Shown here: positions 13,136 through 24,819 of the stretch, piece after piece | Layout of the letters: every line of letters starts with the position of its first letter | Position numbering within the stretch: position 1 is the first letter of the stretch | Assembly: GCA_002104905.1 (NCBI GenBank) | Contig: MCFE01000511.1 | Location: 1 to 64,000 of the forward strand | DNA length: 64,000 nt | DNA from: Basidiobolus meristosporus CBS 931.73 | Taxonomy: Eukaryota > Fungi > Basidiobolomycota | Direction of reading: 5' to 3' | Translations under genes and position numbers: made by a program | Notes under the pieces: generated by a model | What the model was told of the DNA's origin: nothing | What the model saw: the letters and a program-made list of their open reading frames with translations, nothing else | Database searches by the model: none

Positions 13136-13557
13136 TCATAGTGATGTCATCAAGAATTCCACTGATACCTAGAATCTTCTAGAACCTTGTCATTAGTAAT
13201 CACTTGGCAATCAGGAAAAGTATTTAAGGGAAAGCAATCTCTCATCAATAAGTCATCCCTTCTATCAGTAACACTTCTACCTTATTGATTAGCAGTTGAT
13301 CACTGCACCTGCCTTCAACAGTACATCTCAGACCTGCCATCAAGGAGCTTTTCAGGGTAGTGCACAAGACACACAGAGGCCTTTGGAGACACTTGGAGCA
13401 CCTAGGAAGCTAGAGAAGCAGGAGCTTTTACCATAGTGACATATTGACAAAGACACCAGCAGTTTAGACACAGAGGTTATTGCACCCATCAGACACCTCA
13501 CACACCTTGAGTTGTGTAGCTTCTCCCAGGAGTACCTCTACACCACCACACCGCACC
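13125..13557 (+). repeat. LTR-like repeat, near-identical inverted copy of 58781-59213
   Basis: Direct by-eye alignment over ~430 bp with few mismatches. Confidence 0.85.
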
Positions 13558-13559
13558 AA

Positions 13560-16500
13560 AGGATATTAATGCAGTGTTGGGATTTCTAGGATTGGCCGGC
13601 TACTATTGCCGCTTTGTCAAAAACTTTGCAACAATAGCTGCCCCCCTATACAAGTTAACGCAAAAAGGCCAGTGTTTTGTACGGTTGGAGCCTCAAAAGA
13701 GAGCATTCAATCAGCTGAAACATTCCCTGACATCACTGCCAGTGTTACATTTTCCCAATTGGGATGCAGGATTTTTTATTAACTGTGATGCAAGTCTCAC
13801 TGGTATAGGCACCGTACTGGGACAATACCACCAACCCGGCAAATTCCACCCAATTGGTTATGATTTATTGTTAAGGGATAGCCTCCCTTATATACTTTTC
13901 TCACTGGCTAAGTGATTTCTAATCATGGTATTCCAGAAGGTTCCGGATATCAATAGAAATCTTAATGACATCAGAAATACCTAAGAATGTTCCAAGTAGG
14001 TGCTGGAAGGTTCTAAGAGGCACAGCACATCCAACCAATCAGGAGTCAGTATTCTGAAACCTGTGTAACATAGGAATACCATATATGGTAGGGATGGTGA
14101 CATGGGTTGATCATGTGTCATGGGTACTGGTGCGGGTACTTGCCTAATATAGAAGTACTTATAGCTAGTAATCCTACATAAAGTGAGGGGTAACTTATGC
14201 AATAAGGTAAGCAGGTGTGATAGTCAACCGGCTTGTGGGATAGTACTGATCAGGTAAGACAAATGGGATAAAACTAAAATAAGTGTAGTAGAGATATAGT
14301 GAAGTAGAAAATATGGGAATGATTACATTTGTCAGTAGGTGTCACTGTCACCCCACTACACCGGAGTCAGAAGATAGGGACAACCGCACCAATACCACTT
14401 GACCTACACCTCCATTGGGTAGGGATTGACTTTGTTGGCCCCTTTAGGAAAACAAAGAAAGGAAAACAATACATAGTAATTGCTACCAATTATTTCTCAA
14501 AGTGGGTAGAAGCCCAAGCTGTCTGAAATAAAGACCAGAAGACAACCACCCAATTCATTCTAGAACACCTCATCTGCTGGCACAGATATCCTCAGATACT
14601 CCTGTCCAACAATGGTGGCTCCTTTCTGAACAACACCATGGCCCATTTGTGTGAAATGATGGGTGTGAAACAGGTCTTCACAACCGCATATCACCCCCAG
14701 ACCAATGGATTAACCAAGAGGATGAACCAGATGTGTTGCCACATACTAGAGAAGCTCCACTGGGAACATCCCCAATCATGGGCCAAGCTACTCCCACTGA
14801 CACTCCTAGCAATGCGTATGATACCAAATAAAACAGCAGGTTTCTCCCTGTACAAAGTTCTGTATGGACAAAGGCCCAAGTGGCGTGAAGAAGCTGGTTT
14901 GACAATGGAAGGTGTCCCCTTGACAACACATAACAACTATGTAGAAAGGTTGATACACCATATTGCCCACCTATACCTAAAAGTATTCAAAAATGTTGAC
15001 AAGCACCTTCCCCCTCCACCCAAAAAGGAGAAACTAACAAGACAAAAGTAAAAACCAGGCAATAAAGTGTGGTACAATCAAACTGTTGCAGGCCTCAAGT
15101 TTTGCCCACAATTTACACCCCAATGGATTGGCCCTTGCACCGTTATTAGTTTGGACCATGGACCAAAGTACACCATCACCCTGAGCAATAAGACAATCAG
15201 CAACGTAGCACCAGCCCATCTGAAACCAAAGTGTGATTAAACAATTATCAGGAACAAGGATAGAGGAAGACACAGGATACATACAAAGTTTATTAGAGGA
15301 GATTTTAGTCAATAAAGGTACAAATGATATGTGCAAGGAGGTTTGCCCAAAGGGGAGAACAAAAGAATGCATATGGAAAGCAACAAAGGAAACAGTTCAC
15401 CCAATATTGGCAATACCCTCCCACAAGCAAGAACCAAGATGATATCAAAAACAAAACTGACCTGCAAGTGTTGAGAGATATGGTGTGAGTGTTACATGCA
15501 ACAAGAGCCACCTATGAAGAGTTGTTTACTGAGCAGTCACATTGATACAAGACACAATCAGAGAGGGACAAGACAAATTACCTATGCCAATACAAAGCAT
15601 GGAGATACTACCCAAGAAGACCGTGTACCACCTAAGAGGAGGTTCCTTGATCATTAAGGAGAAGGATGCCACACTGATTCCTGTATCCATACTGGACACA
15701 GTCAGACAGAAGACACAAGGAATCAACTGTTGTGCCCTCACAAGACCTGGAGAGCCCCCTTGTTTTGTTGCACACTTGCCATCAATAGATACCATGGTTG
15801 TTGAGGTATACACAGACCTAGTACAAGCAGCAAGAGCACCAGAAGTAGAACTCCCAATTGAAGGACTCCTCCAAGAAATTGCAAACATCTCAAACTGCAT
15901 TTCTAAGAAGGAACCATCTTAGAGAAGATACGCAAACGGATTTAATACACCAGCCAGTTAACCCACGCAATCCACTGAGTTGCTGTGTTACAACTATTAC
16001 AGTGGTTTACTATAGGACAACTCAGGAACCAGTACAAAGTCCAACTCCAAGAAGCCAAAGAAACCACCACAGACTCTGTAGAAACCATGAGGCAAGTATA
16101 AAAGTGCCTCAACTGTGCCACAGTTTCTATGGAAGAACTACAATACATCTTTGAAGAAGCAAAAACTTGTTATTGACAATGGGTGACTGCCAGCCAAGTG
16201 TATGCCCTCTTGAAAGGTCCCCCACCATAATATAGAACACAAAAAGGACAAGCCCCAACAACATTTGCAAGATAAAGAAGCAAGACTTTATTGCGCTATT
16301 GCACCTTTTCTTGTTCTCCAACCCTCCCCAGGAACTTACCCAGAACCCTATGGTTTGTCAACTATTTGGCTCTGTGGAAAATATCCCTTGAGCAATGCAA
16401 GCCGCACCCCACTCTGTCGCCAAATGGTACCAGGTATTTGCCCACAACCCCCTTGCAAGTGACAACCAGCAATGGTACTATGGTGACTCCCCATGCTCCG

Positions 16501-16921
16501 TGAACAAAATTAACCCTGGAGAAGTGAGTTAGTCAAAGAACTTCAAGGACAAAGCTCCCTCTTAACCCCCAGGATATGTGAGTACTAAATGCAGTACCCA
16601 CTCTTTGCCCAAGAGTTCCACCCAGAGTCCTACCCAAAGTCCCCCAGTATCCTCTCTATGATTCCCCCATGCACCCTCCCTCCTATCCCTGCCCTTATCT
16701 AGTTAGAACACTTACCATAACAGGAAGGTGTTCACACCCCTATTTTATAACACATTGTCTATTATCTAAGCCCCCCCAAGTGATATATATGTACCCAAGT
16801 GAACCAGGTGAAGGGGATTTGGACAGAATAAACACAAGTCTTTATTACCTTGCTACCTTCTATTGGAAGCTATTTTGAACCAAGTGGTACTGACTTGACC
16901 TACAAGCTCTCCCACTCACCA
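13560..16921 (+). mobile_element. Second Ty3/Gypsy relic: RT/RNase H piece, integrase, extra 3' ORF remnant, putative 3' LTR (~16577-16921)
   Basis: FLGLAGYYCRFVKNFATIAAPL and CDASLTGIG (13574-13870); VGIDFVGPF, YFSKWVEA, TAYHPQTNG, WIGP (14330-15230). Interrupted at ~13905-14310 by a diverged relative of the 59140-59560 repeat. LTR ends TGTGAGT...ACTCACC are imperfect. Confidence 0.85.
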
Positions 16922-16928
16922 AGTACAG

Positions 16929-18579
16929 TCAGTGATAACCCACAGTATTGATGCCTTCTGAGCACTTGAAACATTGCCTAGCTTGTTTGTCATATGAACA
17001 TCCCTTAGAAACATTATATTTGATTGGAATTGAGTACTTTAGGCCCAAAACAAGCTGATTTTTCACCAATTGGCTCATTTTCTGTTCCCCAATGTGTCCT
17101 AGCCTCCTATGCCACATCTCCCAGTTGGTTTCATCAGTTTCAGCAATGTTTACATACTCAGGTACAATGATCTTGCTTTGTAACATGTATATATTGTGAT
17201 CTCTGATTCCCAAAGCTAACTTTTGTTAATTTTTGTCCATTCTCACTCAATATTGAGCAGCTCATCTTAGTAAAAACAAATTGCAGTCCTTGAGCAGTTG
17301 CATTACTGACTGAGAGTAGGTTCTTAGCTATTCCAGGTACATAGAGTACGTCAGTGAGTCTTGCTGTTGTTGCCCCTGAGCTATTGCTCATATTTAGTTG
17401 TATAGACCCACTTGCAGTAGCTTCCAGAGCAGAGTTATCTCTCAGATAAGCCTTTCTTACAGGAATAGTCTTTAAGTTGCTGAACCACTCCTTTATACCA
17501 CAAATATGCTGTGAGGTTCCAGAGTCAATATACCATTCATTACTTTGGTTACTTGCACTCTCTTGTACAGTCACAAATAACTGTACATCAGTAGTTATAT
17601 GGTTTGCCTGCTCTAGTTTCTGTTTTTTGTCTGCTTGTTTCTTCTTGCATTCTATTGCCCAGTGTCCTGGCTTTTTACAATAGTTGCAGCAACCAGGTTT
17701 TCTTTGGTTTTGTTGCTTTCCCCTCTTTTCTGTGTGCCTTTCTGAGCTGAATAAAGCATTATCTTCAATTTTCTTTGCTTGATCATTGAGTCTGAGGTCT
17801 TCATGGAGAAGTCTTCCTTTGACATAGTCTAAAGTCAAATTGTCTTCTCTGCTCTCAAAAGAGAGTATGAGTGGCTCATACTTGTCTGGTAGGCTGCAAA
17901 GCAGACAGAGTATCTTGTCTTCATTATCTACACCAGCATTAATACTGTTAAGTTCTTCTGCAAGTGTCTCCATTTTGGTAATGAGTTGTAGCATGTCATC
18001 ATCTGGCTTCTTCCTCATGTTGAAGAACTTTAGTTTTCAATAAAGCTTGTTTGATACTGACTTTTCTCTAAAGATCTTCTCTAAGGATTCCTGTGCTGCT
18101 ATGGCAGTATTTGTGGCATGGATTTGTCCAATGAAGAAATCTAGCACATTGATATATATGGCCTTAAACGCCTTTCTCTCCTTCTCTTGAAACCTCTCCA
18201 CTTCTTCTGCTGTTCCTTTGGGCTCAACTCCTTTTCCTGTTACTATATTCCAAAGCTTCCTTTCCTCAAGGTAGATCTGCATCTTGATTCTCCAAAGTCT
18301 GTAGTTCTGTCCATCAAACCTCTACTTTACAGGGAAGATGTTTGTGTTGCTCTGTTTGCTGGTAGAAGCCATCTTTAGAATAGATTAAGGCAATTGGGGC
18401 TCATAACCTGTTGCAATCTAAGAAGTGATTTGGATATAAGGAACTTATCAAGAAATAGTGATAATAGTTGAACTGTTGTTTTTTAGTAAAGAAGCTCCAT
18501 ATTTATACATTTGTAGAAGTAATACTGCTGTAACACTAAGTAAGGAGGGTTTCTCAATATTCAGGAGCATTCTGTAACA
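16929..18579 (-). mobile_element. Copia family B 5' half (LTR ~18409-18579, PBS, gag, protease, GAG-pre-integrase), truncated
   Basis: PBS at 18397-18408; gag ATG at 18372; CNYCKKPGHWAIEC knuckle, WYIDSGTSQH protease and WHRRLGH motifs; in-frame stops. The LTR differs from family A. Confidence 0.9.
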
Positions 18580-18779
18580 GTTTCAGGGTTAGTACATAAT
18601 GGTTAGTATTAGTGCTAATTTGATCCTGTCTATAGGGGAATAATCATAATATCATAGATCTGGAGAAAGTGGCAAAGTTATAGCTGTAAATTAGTCCCAC
18701 AGTGACCAAGACTAGTTCAGAATTGCTAAGTAAATTTTTAGCTGCAGAATGATACCAAATAGTCCAATATTTCAACAAT

Positions 18780-21700
18780 TACTGGAACTTTTCCCTCTGC
18801 TTAAAAGTTGGATGGATCTAACTACCAAGTGTGGAAGGTGAAGATGAAGATGAAGATGCTGCTGTAACAAAGGGGCCATTAAGACACTGTCATGGGAGAA
18901 GAACGCCCTCCTAATTGTTGTAAAAATTTGTATTTCCACCTAAATATTCACCTAACTTAGTCACTTAGATCATCACCTTCAAATCCTAGAGAATACTGAC
19001 CAAATTCCTTGTCGGGATTTACTTAGAATATTTTCACCAAAATACCAGGTACCCAGAACATGAAAATTCTCAAAGTTGTCCAAACAGCCCCAAACTTTGC
19101 ACACATGTTCTTGGGACCTTCCTTAACCTATTCTACGTGTTTGTAATGCCAAGACCAGGTAAAAGTATAAATACCACTTTTACATTCAATAAATCATCAA
19201 GTGAAAAACACATAATCTACTTGTTCTCCAAATCACTTCCAATATCTCCAAGACTCTTACAACAGGTTAAGAGCCCCAAGCTGTCACTCTCTGCAATGTC
19301 TACTACTGCTATTACTGGAATTTTTCCCTCTGCTGAAAAGTTGGATGGATCTAACTACCAAGTGTGGAAGGTGAAGATGAAGATGCTGCTGCAAGAAAGA
19401 GGCCTTTGGGATATTGTCATGGGAGAAGAATGCCCTCCTAAAAACGTGGGAGAGGAAGCCTTAAAGTACCAGAAGAAAGAACAAAGTGCCTTTAACTGCA
19501 TTTGCCTTAATGTCAAGGACAAATTGCTAATTCGATGCTCAAGAGCAAAAACTGCAAAGAATGCCTGGAAGGCATTAGAAGACGCCTACCAGTCATGTTC
19601 AGCTGCCAAGAAAATGTATCTGAGAAGAAAATTCTTTACTACAAAGATGCTGCCAGGAGAAGAAATGAAAAATCTAATTAACAGAATTACCCTGCTGGTA
19701 GATGAGATGGAATCTGTGGGCGTACCTACTACTGATGAGGATGTGATAGTTACCATCCTGAATAGCCTGACAGACAAGTTTCAGGGCCTTGTATCAGCCC
19801 TAGAGTCCAGAACTGAAGATTTGACCTTAAATTACGTATATGGAAGGCTCCTGGATGAAGAATTAAGAAAATCAAGCGCCAATAAGAAGGAAGAAGAAAA
19901 TGCTTTAATAAGCAATGATAACCAACAAAGGAGGTACCCAAGACCCTACAAAGGCAACAGCAACCTATTTTGCAACTACTGCAAAAGGAAAGGACACACA
20001 TCAAACTGGTGTTTCAAAAAGAGAGATTATCAGCAAAAGAAGCCTGAATATGGAAATGCTGCAACAACTAAAGATAGACTACTCATATCTGCACTAAATA
20101 TGACCACAAACAAGGATTCTCAGATGTGGTATATTGACTCTGGAGCTTCTCAACACTTTACACACCAAAAAGAACTTTTTACCCAATATCAAGAAATTCC
20201 AATTAAGAAGGTTTTCATGGGTGACAATAGAACACTTGATGCAGAGGGAGAAGGAACTATCCAAGTAAACCTTAGAAGCAGTGAAGGAAGCCATATACTG
20301 ATCTTTAAAGAAGTACTCTATGTACCGGAAATAGCCAAGAACCTACTCTCTGTAAGCAAGGCCACAGCAGAAGGACTCAGTTTCAGTTTTGACAATTCTG
20401 GATGCAGGATCACTGATCAAAATGGTGCTCATATTGCTTTGGGCATCAGAGATCAGAATCTATACAAGTTGACTTATATTCCATCATATCTGGAAGCTAA
20501 TATAAGTAACTTAAATGAAGAAACACCAATGCTTTGGCACAGGAGATTTGGGCACATCAATTTTGATTATTTGCGCAAAATGATCAAAGATCAGCTAATT
20601 TCGGGAGTGAAAATTGATCCCCCAGCTAATTTGGAGCACTGTGAAGCCTGCATATATGGGAAAACAAGCCAGACAACCGTTCAAGAGCTCTGGGTTAATC
20701 AAAACTAAGAAAAAATTAGATCTAATTCACTCAGATCTGTGTGGACCTATGCAAAATTTATCCTTAGGCAGGATGAAGTATTTAATCACTTTTATTGATG
20801 ATTATACAAGATACACATGGGTCTACTTCATGGAGAGAAAGGAAGAAGCTCTGTCTAAGTTCAGGGAGTTTAAAGCCATGGTGGAGAGAGAAACTGGTGA
20901 AAAAATCAAGAAAATACGCTCTGACAATGGTGGAGAATATACCTCAAAACTCTTCATCCACTTCTGCAAAATTCATGGGATAAAGCAAGAGACTACTGTA
21001 CCATACTCCCCACAGCAAAATGGAGTAGCAGAACGAGCTAACAGATCAATAATTGATATGGCAAGATCTATGATCCATGATCAAAAATTATCCTATGATT
21101 TTTGGGCAGAATCAGTTGCCACTGCTGTATACCTTAAAAATAGGAGTTATAACCAAATACTTTGTGATTCTACTCCATTTGAAGCATGGTATGGATACAG
21201 ACCAAGTGCAGAACATCTAAGAATATTTGGGTGCACAGCATATGCCAAAAAACTGGCCGGAAATCAGTCAAAATTTGAGCCAAAAAGTGTAAAATGCATA
21301 TTTTTAGGCTACTGCAATGAGAGTAAGGCATACAGACTCTACAATACCAAAGCAAAGAAGCTTATCAAGTCCAGGGATGTGTTGTTTGATGAAAATTCAA
21401 AATTTTCACAAAAAATGACATCAGATGATGACGAAAATTTGATCTCAAGTCCACCAATTGTCAGGATTGAATCAGAGCAAAACAATGATAATTTTTTCAC
21501 TCTAGAGGACTCTACAACCATGGTTCAGCCAGAATCAGTGCCCAGGAATATCCCAGAAGTGATCATTCCAGTATCAAATGCCCAGAGATCAAATTGGACA
21601 AGAAATAACCCAAATTATTATATTAATGAGGGTACAAACTTAGCCTATGCCTATTCAGTCCATATTGATGAACCCCAGACTGTAAAAGAGGCCCTAAATA

Positions 21701-24405
21701 GCCCTCAGACAAAGGTTTGGAGATCTGCAATGACTGAGGAATATCAGGCCCTGATGGAAAATCAAACTTGGGACTTAGTCAAATTACCAATCAACCAAAA
21801 ATCAATTGGATGCAGATGGGTCTTCAAGACAAAGTACAAGGCTGATGGTACAATTGAAAGACACAAAGCAAGACTTGTAGCCAAAGGATACTCTCAAATA
21901 AAAGGACTTGACTATACTGAGACCTTTGCACCGGTAGCCAAGTTTAATTCCATCAGATTAATATTGGCTATTGCAGCCAAATATAAGTATTTTATTCATC
22001 AAATGGATGTAAAAACTGCATTTTTGAATGGAGAACTTGATGAGGATGTGTATATGGACCAGCCTGATAGGTTTGCTGACCAAGACAACCCCCATTTGGT
22101 CTGCAAGCTTAAAAGTCACTATATGGTCTCAAACAATCACCAAGAGCCTGGAATTGCAAGATAGATTCTTATTTGGAATCTTTGAGTTTCAAAAGGAGTA
22201 ATGCTGACTATAGTATATACTATAAGCCAGATAGAGCAAATCCAGTTCTATTAGCTCTATATGTGGATGATCTTATTATAGCCACCAATAACCTAGAAAC
22301 ATTGGAAGAGACTAAATCCAGCCTAACTAAGGAGTTCAAGATGTCCGATCTAGGAGAACTCAGTTACTACTTAGGGATTAAGTTCTCCATAGACAGAAGT
22401 ATCCAGACTATTACCCTAAGCCAATCCAAGTATATTCAAGATATACTAAAGAAGTACAAAATGGAAGACTGTAAACCGGCAGCTACCCCAATGGAGACAA
22501 ACCTTAACTTGGTCAAAACTCAACCAAATCAAGAGAGCTTGGTGCCATCTGAAAGCCCTGACTTTCCTTATCAATCTATGGTCGGCAGTCTGATTTATAT
22601 CATGCTTGGAACACGTCCAGATATCTCATATTCAGTGGGAGTTGTCAGCCAACATAATCAGAATTATGGATCTGATCATATTGCGGCAGTTAAGCGGATT
22701 TTTAGATACCTAAAAGGAACTGCTGATATCTGCTTAAGATACACTTATAAGGATTCAGAACAGGATCTTGTAAGATACTCTGATGCTGATTGGGGACGAA
22801 ATTTAGAAGACAGAAGATCCACCCCAGGATACACCTTTCTTTACTGTAAAGGAGCCATTTCATGGAATTCAAGAAAGCAATCAACCGTAGCACTTTCAAC
22901 TACAGAGGCAGAGTATATGACAGCCTGTGAAGCTACAAAAGAAGCAATATGGTTAAGAAAGCTCTTTGCAGATTTAGGCCTATGTCAAAAAACGCCTATT
23001 ACTTTATTTCAAGATAATCAAGGATGTATACAACTAGGTAGAAATCCAACTTTTCATGCTAGAGCCAAGCACATAGATATTAGACATCATTTCATACGTG
23101 AAGCTATAGAGAATAACTTAGTTAGCTTAGTTTACTGTCCTACAGATGAAATGATTGCAGACATATTTACCAAACCATTAGCTAGAGACAAGTTTGAATA
23201 TCTTAGGTCAAAATTAGGACTAGTCAGTATGAACATTTAGCTGAGTGGGAGTGTTGTAAAAATTCGTATTTTCCACCTAAATATTCACCTAACTTAGTCA
23301 CTTAGATCATCACCTTCAAATCCTAGAGAATACTGACCAAATTCCTTGTCGGGATTTACTTAGAATATTTTCACCAAAATACCAGGTACCCAGAACATGA
23401 AAATTCTCAAAGTTGTCCAAACAGCCCCAAACCTTGCACACATGTTCTTGGGACCTTCCTTAACCTATTCTACGTGTTTGTAATGCCAAGACCAGGTAAA
23501 AGTATAAATACCACCTTTACATTCAATAAATAATCAAGTGAAAAACACATAAGCTACTTGTTCTCCAAATCACTTCCAATATCTCCAAGACTCTTACAAC
23601 ACTGATAACATGGGAGAGGAATCCTTAAAGTACCAGAAGAAAGAACAAAGTGACTTCAATAGCAATTGCCTTAATGTCAAAGACAAGTTGCTAATTCAAT
23701 ACTCAAATGGAATATGGCAAAGAATGCCAGGAAGGCATTAGACAATGCCTACCAGTCATGTCAAGCTTCCAGGAGGATGTATCCTAGACAAAAATTCTTT
23801 GCTACAAAGCTGCTGTGAGGAGAGGAAATAAAAAATCTAATTAATAGAATTACCCTGCTGTAACATGGGATGGAAATTGTCAGCATACAAACTACTGATG
23901 AAGATGTAATAGTCACCATCCTGAATAGCCTGACAGACCAGTTTCAGGGTCTTGTTTCAACCTAGAGTGCAGAACTGAAGATTTGACCTTATATTATGTA
24001 TATGGAAGGCTCCTGGATGAAGAATTCAGAAAATCAAGGGCAAACAAGAAGGAAGAAGAAAATGATTTAATGTGCAATAATAACTAACAAAGAAGATACT
24101 AAAAACCTTTTAAAGGCAATACCAATCTGTTATGCAACTACTGCAAAAGGAAAGGACACATATCAGACTAGTGCTTGAAAAGTCAGACAGTCAGCAGAAA
24201 AGCCTGAATGTGGAAATGCTGCAACAACTGAAGATAGACAAATCATATCTGCACTAAATATTGCCGCAAACCAGGATTCTCAGACAGAATATATTATACA
24301 TGGAGCATCTCAACACTTACACACCAAAAAGAACTTTTTTCCCAATATCAAGAAATTTCAATTAAGAAGGTTTTCATGGGTGACAGTAGAACACTTGATG
24401 CAGTG
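18780..24405 (+). mobile_element. Old family A gag fragment split by the insertion at 18916-23601
   Basis: Left flank ...GAAGAACGCCCTC-CTAAT and right flank CTGAT-AACATGGGAGAGG... rejoin into the gag sequence ECPPKNVGEE; the right part (23602-24405) has many stops. Confidence 0.85.
18916..23601 (+). mobile_element. Ty1/Copia LTR retrotransposon, family A, young near-intact copy
   Basis: LTRs 18916-19264 (349 bp) and 23252-23601 (350 bp) differ by ~5 substitutions and 1 indel; PBS 19265-19276; gag ATG 19296; YVDD intact; no in-frame stops, only two 1-nt homopolymer frameshifts (~20660, ~22112); TSD CTAAT/CTGAT. Confidence 0.97.
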
Positions 24406-24409
24406 GGGG

Positions 24410-24819
24410 AAGAATCCCAATAATAGCAGTAGCAGACATTGCAGAGAGTGTCAGTTCAGGGCTCATAACCTGTGGTAAGAGTCTTGAAGATATTGGAAGT
24501 GATTGGGTGAACAAGTGGATTATGTAGTTTTCTCTTAATGGTTCATTGAATGTAAAGGTAGTATTCATACTTTTACATGGTCTTGGCATAAAAGACATGT
24601 AGAATAGGCTTAGGAAGGTCTAAAGTACATGTGTGCAAAGTTTGGGGCTGCTTGGACAACTTATCTAATTTTCACATTCTGGGTACCTGATATTTTGGTG
24701 AGAATATTCCAAGTAGATCTCAGCCAGGAATTTGGTCAGTATTCTCTAAGATTTGTAGGCAATGGTTCAAGTGACTAAGTTGGGTGAATATTTAGGTGGA
24801 ATTCCAAATTTTTCCAACA
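24410..24819 (-). mobile_element. Family A 5' LTR (24471-24819), PBS and gag start, diverged
   Basis: 349-bp LTR starting TGTTGGAAAAATTTGGAATTCCACC; PBS 24459-24470. Confidence 0.85.

Noticed and set aside
19137-19295. GTG-started N-terminal extension of gag running through the LTR (also at 6850, 56828)
   Set aside because: The GTG lies upstream of the LTR TATAAATA (~19166), so it is unlikely to be transcribed; the real start is the ATG at 19296.
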